A stretch of DNA of 64,000 nucleotides from Scyliorhinus canicula (lineage: Eukaryota), in contig NC_052176.1 in the NCBI RefSeq assembly GCF_902713615.1, positions 11,670,243 to 11,734,242 on the forward strand, read 5' to 3'. Position 1 is the first letter of the stretch, and the number at the start of each line of letters is the position of its first letter. This document shows positions 1 to 12,657 of this stretch, piece by piece. The translations under genes were made by a program, and so were the position numbers. The notes under the pieces were generated by a model. It had not been told where the DNA came from, searched no databases, and saw nothing but the letters and a program-made list of their open reading frames with translations.

Positions 1-1034
1 GCATTGATTCCATTTCTATCTTCCAGCTCACCTATTCTTCCGATATCGGAGTTACGTTTTCTTTATGCACGGAAAACAATGATGGAAACAGATGATACGT
101 CGACAGAAGGAGAGGTTCAGCGAGCTGGTTCCAGCACACAATAGGTACAGTGTCACTCATACAGCACACAGATACTGCCAGATCATTAGGTCTACAGTCC
201 AACAAAAATACAATTAGAGACATACACAGATACAAATGTTGCCAGGCAACCTTTCAGTAAATTAGTCAAACAGAGCAGTTAAGAGGGAGGTTGTATTCAT
301 TCCTCTCCAACCTCGTACACCTGTGAGCTGGACACATCAATCTCGGGGCGAAAGCAACACATCCGTAGATTAAATTGCACGGTATCACATTGGTTAAAAA
401 TTAAGTAGATTAACTTCAACACATTGTCTCAGATATTCGTTATGTGGCAGTGCAGCAGAATTCCACAGTTGCACACAACACCAGGGACACAGGACAAGAG
501 ACTGACAAAGGCAGAGTGAAGACAACATTGTTGCACCTTGGAGGAAACTGAATCCAGCAGAGAAAGATACACACATGTTCTCACTTCACCAGAGTAATAC
601 AGAAACCGAAGAAATCCCTCGCACACAATATCAGAGAATGACAGAGTAATTCCAGAGTAAATCCTGCATTTACACACAATACCACCAGTGACAGATCCAG
701 AAGGAAAACAGTATCTGTGTACAGTACCAGAGACTGGTGTGTACAGAATGGTTCAGCACCACAGTTACTAAGGCAGAGAATGACGATTGCAATACTAATG
801 GAAACTTTAGACTCACTTCCAACACTGACATCAATGAGCTGCATATTCATATGTAATTCAGAAACTAGACCACATAATTTATCTCAAATTCACATTCAGT
901 TTCCATAGGTACACAATTCACCTCATGCCTCCATACAGCACCCTGGATAGACAGCCAAAAATTCAAACTTCCTTCAGATGAAGTGCACTAGCCTGACAGA
1001 TACAGAAGTAAATTTAGTCTCACATTCCAGATTA

Positions 1035-1337
1035 GGGGGTGGCCCAGTGGTTTGAACTGCTGCATCACAGCTCCAGGGACCGAGGTTCAATTCCGGCTTT
1101 GGGTGACTGGTGTTTGCACTTTATCCCTGTGGGTTTCCTCTCACAGTGCAAAGATGTGCAGGTTAGGTGGATAGGTCAGGATAAATTGTCCCTCAGTGTC
1201 TAAAAAAGTTAGGTAGTTACTGGGTTATGGGGATAGGGTGGAGGCTTGGGCCCAGGTAGGTTACTCTTTCCAAGGGTCAGTGCTGGCTCGATGGGCTGAA
1301 TGGCCTACGCCTGCACTGGAGGGATTCTATGATTCTG
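1035..1337 (+). mobile_element. HE1-type tRNA-derived shark SINE (degenerate)
   Basis: Head with ggttcaattcc B-box, central gggtttcctc...aagatgtgcaggttaggtgg, CR1-like tail ending attctatgattct; similar to other copies in the window. Confidence 0.8.
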
Positions 1338-2748
1338 CGACAAGAAAAGGCAGATGGAGAAAATAGCTGACACTGACCGGCATGAACAGATACAGAATAT
1401 ATTCCACACACACATCCAAAACCACAGACTTTCAAATCTAGAATTAAGCCCATTAAACACAGTTCCAGTGAATGGTAGTAAAATAATTAAACTGTAATGT
1501 ATGAGAGACACAGATTGTCTCTGTGTCCACACTCTCAAACTGCCAGGGATTGAAGATCACTGAATGTATCCCACAGTCACACACAATACCTCTGGCTGAC
1601 AGAGAATAGAAACACACTCACAGAGCAGTGCAGAGACTGGGAGGTACAGATTGATAACAACACTCACACACACCAAACAGAGATTGACAAACCACAATTG
1701 ATCTCTCACACATTCAGTTCAGAGACTGACTGATGCAGAGTGAATCCTAAACTCAGACATATCATCAGATTGTCAGATAGAGAATCAATTCCATAATCAC
1801 AAAATGTAAAAAAATGATAGCGCCAGACAGATACGTGAGAAATTTCACTCAAAACATCTGAAGGAACTAGAATTTGCAACACAAATTCAATGGTTGTCTT
1901 CCTATCAGACACAGTCTCATAAAGAATGATGTCTACGGCCATATTCCAGCAAATGGCAGATACAGACAGGTAATTAGTGGATGATGGACTAGTCCAAACG
2001 GGGTTATGGGGATAGGGTGGAAGTGAAGGCTTAAAGTGGGTCGGTGCTGACTTGATGGGCCGAAGGGCCTCCTTCTGCACTGTATGTTCTATGTTCTAAA
2101 AGTCACACACTGAAGCAGAGAATGATGAATACTGAACAAATCCCTGAACTTTCAGAGATGGACAGTTACAGGTTTACATACAGACTCACATACTGACCCA
2201 GTGGTGACAATTACCAAGTAACCACATTTCACATACAGACCAGTTACCACTTGGTATATTTGTTGCTTAAACATGAGCATTGTCAAAAACACAGCAATTT
2301 TCTCCCTTCCTAATTGCTGTGTTTAAGGTGGCTGTGGATTGCGTTCTTTCAGCTTATTGCCTGTCTGCCAAAGCTACACCCAGAGTGCAAGGGACCAAGA
2401 ACATGCCAACCTATAATTCATATGCACAAAAACTTCAAACCCACAGCTTCTTCCCAATATCAGTTTGCTTCATTGTAAAAGTGAATTTCACAGGTCAGGC
2501 ACAGACAGGGTAAAAAACAAAAAACATTCACAAATCATATGTAGATACTGAGCGATCACAACATCCACATTCCATGCCTGGAAGATTAAGAGTAAAATCC
2601 ACATCTAATTAGCAGAATAAAGAACAGGTATGAATTAAATCTCCATTGTGTTGCAGTAACTGATACAGCATAGGACCAATGTTCTCACATTGGGAACAGA
2701 GAAGGGGAGAGTAAATCACACTGTTGCATAAAGGAAAATGGCAGATAG

Positions 2749-2923
2749 ATGAAAATCACGCATTTTCACAAGTAGGCTTCAATGAAGTTACTGTGAAAAG
2801 CCCCTAGTCGCCCCATTCCGGCCCCTGTTCGGGGAGGCTGGTCCGGGAAGTGAACCGTGCTGCTGGCCTGCCTTAGTCTGCTTTAAAAGCCAGCGATTTA
2901 GCCCAGTGTGCTAAACCAGCCCC
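2749..2923 (-). mobile_element. Short (~175 bp) tRNA-derived SINE
   Basis: Reverse complement of the family at 49506-49680 (ggggctggtttagcaca...ggcttttcacagtaacttcattgaagcctacttgtga). Confidence 0.8.
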
Positions 2924-5900
2924 TGATGCAGATACAGACTGAACCCACATTCACTTCCCGAATTTAAAAGGTACAGGAGAAAAACAATATTTCATCCATA
3001 GCAGAACTAACTTGTGGAGAGAAAAAAGCCAATTACGCAGCTATAACTGAAAGGTACAGATGAAAATACTGATTCAGAACCTGGAAACTGTCAGCTACAT
3101 ATAAAATGAGCAAAACAAACCCATATGAGACTGTAATGGGTTTGCACTGATCCCATTCACTTGAAAATTACAGACAATGTGTAAGGTGTTTCCTTCCACA
3201 TTGGAAATTACAGGTAAACCCAAATTCACACATCAGAAATTGGCAAATCCAAAACTATCATTCACTACAGCCAGAAATGACAGGAATATAATAAAATACA
3301 GTCACCATAAAAAGGCACACAAAATAAAATCCAGCAGAAACTAAATTCGAGATGAAAATCTATCATCACAGATTAGAAAGTGACTTGCACAATAATGTCC
3401 AAATTTTCCAAAGAATCTGATATTAAGGTGTGCAGCTTTGGTGGGTTTGCTAAGATCGCGAGGGTGAGCATTACTTGGTAGGGTAGTGTTTCCAAGGGTC
3501 AGTGCAGACTCGATGGGCTGAATGGCTTCCTTCTGTACTGTAAGAATTCTATCAATTCCCCTTGCTCAGCTCAAATGCATAGAATAGACATGAAGCTGAC
3601 ATCGCATACCTGAAAATGGGAGGTGCAGATCAAAACCCACATCTGTTTATAAAAACACACTTGCAATTAATTTAAAACATGGCAATTACTTTTCAGAAAC
3701 CAACAGACACTGACCATTTATTCATATATTTGTGACAGAAAAGCGCACAATTATTCACTTTTCTCACATCAGAATGGATAGGAGTAGAGAAAAGTAAATC
3801 TGAATGAACCAGGAATTTTAAAAGATGGAATAGTTTACTTTAATTTTTGTCAGAAACTGAACTGAGTTGATAAAACAAAATAAGCTACTGAGCTATGAGA
3901 GATTGAGGTGAACATCCTAACACAGAGCAACACTGAAAACGGTGATAGATGCACGATACAACACAATGTTACAATTCACTGCAACATACAGAGTGAAAAC
4001 AATACTCACATGGCAGCGATGCACATCCTCAGTACAAAGCTATACAGATATATCACATATTGACAGCTTTATGAATATAAATGTGCTTCCATTCATCTAT
4101 CTAAAGAGATAGAGATGAATATCTACCTTTTCTAGAAACTTAAGGTTGCAGGACAAACCCAGAATCTATGTATCAGAAACTCTGGGAGACAGTAAAATAG
4201 ACAGTAACATACGCAAGACTTGGTTGACTTATAGAAACTTTGGCCTATTATAATTGTAGTCAGAAGTTACTAAAATGAACTTTCTCAAAAGATATAGGTA
4301 TCAGAGAGGACGTTGATGTGAAAATCCTACATTCCTACAGTACCATCTGTGACAGATCTTGAAGGAAAACAGTCTTTATATCCCATATCGGAGACTGATA
4401 CATACAGGATAAATCTGGCACAGAGATATTTGGCAAAGAATGAAGACTGCTGATGAAATGTCAAACTCACACTCACTTTCCGTGGCATCCTCGCTGTTGT
4501 TAGTGTATCGGACCACACCCCAACTTTTGTTAGGACACCGGATGAGAAACTGCAAACATTTTTTTCAATTTGTAAAACTGTGAGGAAAGGAAACTTCACC
4601 CCAAGAGTGATGACACTGACCAATATAATAAAACAAACTTTAATTTAAACACAGAATTAAGCACGTTAACATCAAAAAGTTAGCTTTACTATTAACAGTG
4701 AATCCGATACTCTCAAACAATTTCAGACTGTCAGGTAAAGAATCAATTACATATTCACAAAAAGAAAAAAAAATGATATTGACAGTTATGTGATAAATTT
4801 CACTCAAGTACATCTGAGGGAGCAAGAATTTGCAGGATGAGTCCCATGGTTGCATTGCTATCAGAGACAGTCACACAAAGAATCATACCCATACCGATAT
4901 TCCAGCAAATGACAGATACAGACAGGAAAGTACGGGATTATAGATTGGTCCAAAACTCACATTCTGAAGCAGAGAATGGTGATGCGAAACAAATCCCAGA
5001 ACAATTCACTTGCGGTGAATGACAGATGCAGAATGACTTGGATACTGACATAGTGGCCCAGTGATGAACAGATTTGGATAAGTATATTTCACATGCAGAC
5101 TAATATTGGTTTTGGTATATTTGTCGTTTAAACGTGAGCATTATCAAAAACAATTTTGTACCTTCCTAATTGCTGTCTTTAAGGTGGCTGTGTACTGCCT
5201 TTTTTCAACCTTGTAGACTGTCTGCCGAAGCTGCATCGAAAAAACAACAAAGAACACACCAACAATAAACATGCAAACACACAAAAGCCACACAGAAAAT
5301 CAATTTACTCCGCACAGACAGTGACCCAAGCCGGAATCGTACCTGGGACTTTTGAGCTGGCAAGCAATTGTGCTGACCGCAATGCTACCGTGCTGCCAGA
5401 TTTATGTACAGGTTTACTGTAAATAATCGTTCAGTTAATAGTTAATGAGGAAAAACACAATTTCAATACTGGCACGAGCACCAAACTGCTCACTCTTTTA
5501 ACACTGAGGAAGCGGCTGCAGTCTACAATGTGAATAAATGTTATTATGTTTGCAGTTGGCTGTAAATTAGACATTCTGCCGGCAACTGAGACCGTTTTAA
5601 CCAGCAGCCAGATTAAAGACGATTGGACACCAGATTATAAAAATCTGTGGAGACAGTTTCGGATCTAAATCCACCTGCTACAGATCCGAAATGTTTCTCT
5701 CCACAGATGCTCCCAGACATGCTGAGTTTATCCAGCATTTTCTCTTCAATTCACATTTACAGCATCCGCATTATTTTGCTTTAATTTATTTTGGGGTTGT
5801 TGTCAGTTACAGAGAGAAACCGAAATCCGAAACTGACAGATAAAGGGAATCTGTAGACTCGGTGAAGAGAGAGAATCCAACAATCCTATACTGAAAACTC

Positions 5901-5944
5901 AATGATTTATTTTTTACGGTCCCGATTCAATTTTATCTGTTATA

Positions 5945-6155
5945 TCTTTTCGCGCCCATTTAAGCGTTGAAATAAATATTCGGTTGGAATCTGAACATTT
6001 GGCGCCCAAACTTTCCGCCCTCAGCACCGTGGGTTCTCCTGATTGGTGCTTCAAACAGATATCTGATTGGTCACTTTGTAGCCGGCTCCACAATGTTGTT
6101 GAGATAACCAATCAGCAATGTGTGCACCGCCATTCCTCCTGAAGCTATAAGAGAA
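5945..6155 (+). promoter_or_regulatory. H2A promoter: E2F-like sites, three CCAAT boxes, TATA-like ctataag
   Basis: tttcgcgc and tttggcgcccaaa; gattgg at ~6041 and ~6066, ccaatc at ~6108; ctataaga at ~6145; repeated at 28860-29070. Confidence 0.7.
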
Positions 6156-6159
6156 GTGA

Positions 6160-6597
<438 letters not shown>

Positions 6598-6627
6598 AGC
6601 GACCATTCTTTAATCTAATAACCCAAA

Positions 6628-6643
6628 GGCTCTTTTCAGAGCC
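6628..6643 (+). terminator. Histone 3' stem-loop (SLBP site)
   Basis: GGCTCTTTTCAGAGCC followed by purine-rich gaaaaagg. Confidence 0.95.
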
Positions 6644-7133
6644 GCTCACTTTATCTGAAAAAGGCCGAACCATTATCTGACCGTCAGAGATTCTGCTCTG
6701 TTGCTTAATGTGCAAATGTTTCACGCTTTAATGACATCAATCCGCAGCGCATTCTGTGCGCGACATTATTTACGTGTTCAGTATTTATGACACATGTGAA
6801 TTGACGGTGTTTGTTGGGAATAAAAGTCTCTGAACTGAAATTGGGTTACTGTGTGACGCACTTCATACTCGGAGCCTCGAATTAACATCAAACCCTGGCT
6901 CACGATGTGCAGGAAGGTTTTTATGGAAGCAGTTTATTGGGGCAAGAAATCTTGGGAAACTGAAATTATTGTAGCTCCAATAAAAATGCTTTGATATTAC
7001 ATACTGAGCGGCAAAATTGACAACAGCATATTATATAAACGATGAATTTCCCTGGAGACGAGAAACTTCATTATAATGTGAATGTAAATGTAACCGTAAT
7101 GTAACCGGAAGCTCTTTTCCTGAAAGACTTGGT

Positions 7134-7149
7134 GGCTCTTAAAAGAGCC
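7134..7149 (-). terminator. Histone 3' stem-loop of H3
   Basis: Minus strand GGCTCTTTTAAGAGCC, then ACCAA and downstream gaaaagagc. Confidence 0.95.
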
Positions 7150-7181
7150 TTTGTTGTTGTTATTATTGGTGAAGCCGGGTT

Positions 7182-7806
<625 letters not shown>

Positions 7807-8218
7807 TCACAGGGACAGGGAACGGATATTTGAGACCATCGAAAAAAAATCAATCTCGAATTGTGAATATCAAAAACATCTCAATGATTCCTGCTCCCAT
7901 TTTTGTCCCGGATTCGACTCACCCGAGGTTAGATGAATAAAACCGAGCAGGCACAGAATTCCCGCTGTCATTACAATGTCCGTGTTCACTATGTGCGGTT
8001 ACAGGGCTGACTGCGGAGAAAGGTTGTTTCAGACTGTACAGCAAATCTATGTGGCCTTCTAATGAGAAAACAAATGAATGATAGGAAAGGATTTCCTGCT
8101 ATAACGCCACCCGTCTTAACAGGAAATCGAGGTTTCCAGGGTCTGACTCGCTAAACCAGCTCCATGGGTTATTCTGCTGCAATTCTGAGGTCAGTGCTCT
8201 CAATGTGAGGGTTTGGGC

Positions 8219-8234
8219 GGCTCTGAAAAGAGCC
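8219..8234 (-). terminator. Histone 3' stem-loop of H4
   Basis: Minus strand GGCTCTTTTCAGAGCC. Confidence 0.95.
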
Positions 8235-8268
8235 TTTGGGTTTTGTTAAAATAGTCAAATGGAGTTTC

Positions 8269-8589
<321 letters not shown>

Positions 8590-8631
8590 TCAGTCAAATC
8601 GCTGCTGAATGAGAGACGAGCTGCTGCACTT

Positions 8632-8690
8632 TCCTTTATTATACAGCCCGCCCCGACCTGACTGAGAAAGAGAGAGAGGCGGGGAGCAGA
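8632..8690 (-). promoter_or_regulatory. H4 promoter: TATA, GC box, H4 site II-like element
   Basis: Minus strand tcagtcaggtcggggcgggctgtataataaag. Confidence 0.65.
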
Positions 8691-9271
8691 CTGAGTGACA
8701 GACAGAGCAGTGAAATGTCTTTGACCATCCAGCTCCGCCTCCTGCCTGCTCCAACCCACATTTTATATTCCAAACAGAAGTGAAAAGAACGCGCTGAACA
8801 CGTACAAACTGCAACATCACAAAGCAGCTAGTTAGAAACGCGGATCTATTAAATCCAGGCATGTCAGTAATAATCCGGCCTCAGTCCACTCCTTTCTAGA
8901 ACCAGCCCAACTATCTGCTCCCATTTCAACCCCAGCTCCGATTCCATCCCCACACAACTCGGGTCGGGAATTTTACTAACATCCCTTCCAGCTGATATAA
9001 AGTGTTTGAGTTGAGGTGGGATTTCTCCGCCATGTTAACTATTTTACACACTCTTCCCATGAATGTGTCACTGTTCCCCGGACACATCCCGGTTAGGAAG
9101 AAGCAGCAACTTCCCTGTGTTTTAGTGCAGAGTGGGGGGAGAAGCCCGGTGCAGAGCATGTCAGCGAGTGAGCGGCAATACTGGATTGACATTTCTATCT
9201 GAAATCTGCTCCCAGCACCGGGACAGGGATTCATTGGTCGGGGGATCAGCTCTTTCCGGAGAGATGTGGGT

Positions 9272-9287
9272 GGCTCTGAGAAGAGCC
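9272..9287 (-). terminator. Histone 3' stem-loop of H1 copy 1
   Basis: Minus strand GGCTCTTCTCAGAGCC-ACCCA, downstream gaaagagct. Confidence 0.95.
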
Positions 9288-9323
9288 TTTGGGTTCAGAG
9301 GTTTACAATTTGCTCGCGTTCTT

Positions 9324-10001
9324 TCACTTCTTTGCTGGTTTCTTAGCCTTTGCTGATTTCACTTTGGGCTTGACCCTCGATTGGATCTGCTTTTTTCCGC
9401 CCTTGATCTTTTTCACAGGAGAACTTTTCTTCGGGGCTGCTTTCTTCGCGCTCTTTTTGGGAGCTGCCGCCTTCTTGGCTGCGGGTTTCTTGGGAGATTT
9501 CTTGGCTGCGGGTTTCTTGGCTGCTGCTTTCCTGGGAGATTTCTTGGTTGCGGGTTTCTTGAGAGTTTTCTTGGCTGCGGGTTTCTTGGGTGCTGCTTTC
9601 TTGGGAGATTTCTTGGCTGCTGCTTTCTTCACTAAAGGTTTCTTGCCTGCTCCGGTCTTTATCACTTTCCCCCCGGCTGTCTTCTTAACGATCTTGAAGG
9701 AGCCGGAGGCGCCCGTGCCCTTGACCTGAGCCAAGCTGCCGTTGTCCACACTCCTCTTGACACTTTGCTTAATCTGGGACCCCCGTTTATCCACATCGAC
9801 CCCTTTGCTCCACAGCTGCTTCTTTATGGCCTGGAAGGAAACCCCCTTGCGATCGCCGCTATCCGCCACAATCTTGTGGATCAGCTCGGCCAGCCCGGGA
9901 CCTTCTGGTTTCTTCCGGGGAACCACCTTCTTCTGCTTCTTGACAGCCTTGACTGGGGCGGCGACTGGAGGAGCCGTTTCGGCGGCTGCACTTTCGCTCA
10001 T
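9324..10001 (-). CDS. H1: Linker histone H1 copy 1 (divergent globular domain), 225 aa
   Basis: MSESAAAETAPP..., winged-helix ending QVKGTGASGSFK, K/A/P-rich tail with SPKK motifs; stem-loop. Confidence 0.95.
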   Translation of the reverse strand: MSESAAAETAPPVAAPVKAVKKQKKVVPRKKPEGPGLAELIHKIVADSGDRKGVSFQAIKKQLWSKGVDVDKRGSQIKQSVKRSVDNGSLAQVKGTGASGSFKIVKKTAGGKVIKTGAGKKPLVKKAAAKKSPKKAAPKKPAAKKTLKKPATKKSPRKAAAKKPAAKKSPKKPAAKKAAAPKKSAKKAAPKKSSPVKKIKGGKKQIQSRVKPKVKSAKAKKPAKK

Positions 10002-10077
10002 GTCCGGGACTCGGCACAAATTCTCTCCGTCAATGTGAAGTGGCTGAGAAATGAAGCCTCTGGTGGCGGCACTGAGC

Positions 10078-10158
10078 AACTTAAAGGCAGCGAGCGGACG
10101 GGGCGGAGACAACCTGCTCTCAGCTCCAGGCTGCTGCTGCTGCGTCTGTGTTTTTCTC
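10078..10158 (-). promoter_or_regulatory. H1 promoter: AC box, GC box, TATA-like tttaag
   Basis: Minus strand aaaaacaca ... ctccgccccgtccg ... ctttaag; same elements at ~55090-55172. Confidence 0.65.
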
Positions 10159-11322
10159 TGGTCATAAACTCTCCAATTCCACTCAAATTCCAGCTCCACA
10201 GTGTCCCAGGATAAATCCTTCCTGTCTCTCACACTCTAATGTTTGCTGTAGGAAAGGTTTCCCGCGATTTGAAGGCTCCATTTCGGATTTAAACCCGTTT
10301 TACTGATGCACTGTTCGCCCTCTCTCACCCGATCGCTCTCATTTTCCCAACCTTTCCGCAGAAATCTGGAAAGCAGCATCTAAACCGCCCTGAAATCCAA
10401 CTTGGGAAAGTAGGAGGGGATCAGGGGGATTGATTGAATGAACAATATTTCCATTTTGTCCCAGAGGAATTGGGAGATCTGCTGATCAGAGCGGACACAC
10501 AAACACAGTTGGTTTCTCCTGTTTGGCCCGCCCCTTTCACTCTCTCTTCCACAATATTCACATCCACACACAAGGTTTGGAAATTACATTTCCCAGGGCA
10601 GAATTCTCCCTCTTCTCAACATTTGTTTCCAAATCGGTGCCTTAATTGTAGATTTTCATCTCACTTACTGATCAACTGAGTTTTCTGCTCCCTATCTTCT
10701 GTTTCCCTAAATACCCGGCAGCAGCAAGTCATATTTTTAAATCTAAACTCATTGATGACACGCTTTACTTGAATGTGGAAATACAATTGATCTCCTCTCC
10801 AACAGTGGAGATTTTCCTGATTGATGTCATCCTCCTGCACTGCCGGTAACACTGAACCCCAAACTCAACAAGCAGGGACAGACAGTTAAAGAATAGTCCC
10901 ACCCCCTCTGAGAGTGGAGATTTTCACAGTGACACACAGATTCTGACCATTCTGATCCGAACAGCAAATTTAAAAAATAAAGATGGACTCAAAGAGGGAA
11001 CGTGTAAACCAGGAGAACGTGTAAACTAGTGGGGAGTGTAAACCAGGGACAATAATAAATGAGGGGAGTGTGTTCACCAGAGAAATGTGTAAAATCAGTG
11101 GAAGATGCATAATCAAAGACATTCTCCCCGTGTGTGGGTTCCCCCGGGTGCTCAGACTTCCTCCCACAGGCCAAGCATAGAACAGAGAACAGTACACCAC
11201 AGAACAAGCCCTTCGGCCCTCGATGTTGTGCCGAACAATGATCACCCTACTCAACCCCACGTATAAACCCGTAACCCAACTCCTTCTGCCCTGCAGTAAT
11301 TCTCGAGTTCTATGGAAAATGA

Positions 11323-11584
11323 AGTCAGTCGGTGAATTGTTAGTTTGCAGAAAGTATGAGTTTGAGGGGCTGAATGGCAGTGTAATAACAAACAAGCTGC
11401 AGGCAATGGCTGCAAATTGAATATCTCATTGGGACAAACACACAGCTACAAAGGTGATTGGTTGAGCCCTGGGGCGCAGGGCCACTTGCACCCACACACA
11501 CACTGTCCCCCCAACACGGGCTCTATCGGAGGTTTTGCTCCAAATGTGATGACAGTGAAATGGGGAATATTCCCATTGATTCTC
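11323..11584 (+). repeat. Dispersed ~260 bp cluster-specific element 'E', copy 1 of 5
   Basis: Near-identical copies at 23680-23940, 35475-35638 (cut by gap), 48897-49072 (inverted, partial), 57077-57338. Confidence 0.9.
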
Positions 11585-11594
11585 AATGCGGAAT

Positions 11595-11700
11595 TGCTGC
11601 GCAGATCTGCGCATGCCCGGGGTAGCCCCGCCCCCTGCCTGTCGTCACTGAGATTACGCGCGCATGCGCAGCCCCGCCCTCACACACACTCCATTTGCTC
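11595..11700 (+). promoter_or_regulatory. CpG-rich promoter with NRF1-like and GC-box motifs
   Basis: tgcgcatgcc, gcgcatgcgca (11660-11670), two ccccgccc; paralogue at 57345-57435. Confidence 0.6.
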
Positions 11701-12082
11701 AGTGTGGAGACGCTTTGTTCAAACTGAGTGAAATGTCAGGGCCCAGGTCAGCGAGGAAACAGCGTTCTCATTGCAGCAGCCCATCCATTTGGGAGTGTGA
11801 GCAAAGAGGCTCAGAGATCATTACTGACTCGGGGGGAGTTCAGGGAGAATCGGGGGCTGTTTGCAAGAGGCGCAGCGGGAGCCCCATCTTGTTCCGGGAC
11901 TTGGAGTGAGCGGGGGGAAGGGAGAGCTCTTTCTGGGCCTGGCTTATTGTCTGATTCTGGGGCAGGATTTGGACAGTATTTTCTATTTTTACTAATTATC
12001 AGTTGAAAGAATTGTTTAATTTATCATTGGCCTCATCTGACCCTGATTTACAAGAATTTTTTTTCTTCCCAACGTTCATCAG

Positions 12083-12153
12083 ATGAAGAGATGAGTTCCA
12101 AGATGATGATACCTCAGCAACATGAATGTGCAGCCGTCTCCTTCTAACTGACA
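12083..12153 (+). other. Candidate 71-nt internal non-coding exon
   Basis: Branch-like ccctgat, T/C tract, cag| acceptor and aca|GTAAGT donor; conserved at 57835-57905. Confidence 0.45.
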
Positions 12154-12344
12154 GTAAGTACAATATTAATCCAACATTGCAGAGACACAGACACAACATC
12201 AGCTCCACCGTCACAGGGAACAGAAGCAGCCACACTTACATTGAGCTCAAGTCCCAGATAAACATGTCCTATCCAACAGTGACACACAAGAGGGCAGGTG
12301 GGATAACTTTCCACAATTCACCCCTAGTCCATGAACTTTTTGCA

Positions 12345-12657
12345 GACAGTGCAGAAAGAGGCCATTTGGCCCATCGAGTCTTCACCAACCCACTTAAGCC
12401 CACACTTCCACCCTATCCCTGTAACCCAATAACCCCACCTAACCTTTTTTGCTCACTAAGGGCAATTTATCATGGCCAATCCACCTGACCTTCATGACTT
12501 TGGACTGTGGGAGGAAAGCGGAGCACCCGGAGGAAACCCACGCAAACACGGGGAGAACGTGCAGACTCCACACAGACAGTGTCCCAGTGGGTAATCCAAC
12601 CTGGGACCCTGGCGCTGTGAAGCCACAGTGCTATCCACTTGTGCTACCTTGCTGCCC
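12345..12657 (-). mobile_element. HE1-type SINE
   Basis: Reverse complement of the SINE at 19606; paralogue at 58097-58390. Confidence 0.85.

Noticed and set aside
25-130. Possible minus-strand exon ending at AG|GTGAG near position 32
   Set aside because: Isolated splice-like motif at the window edge with no supporting paralogue or frame
10002-10232. 77-aa N-terminal extension of H1 in the ORF track (also 55016-55246, and extensions of H2A, H2B, H3)
   Set aside because: Starts at a non-ATG codon and runs through the promoter or 5'UTR; the canonical ATG lies downstream
11545-11610. Box C/D snoRNA in element E (GTGATGA)
   Set aside because: No conserved box D at a suitable distance, no terminal stem, and the sequence after the element differs between copies
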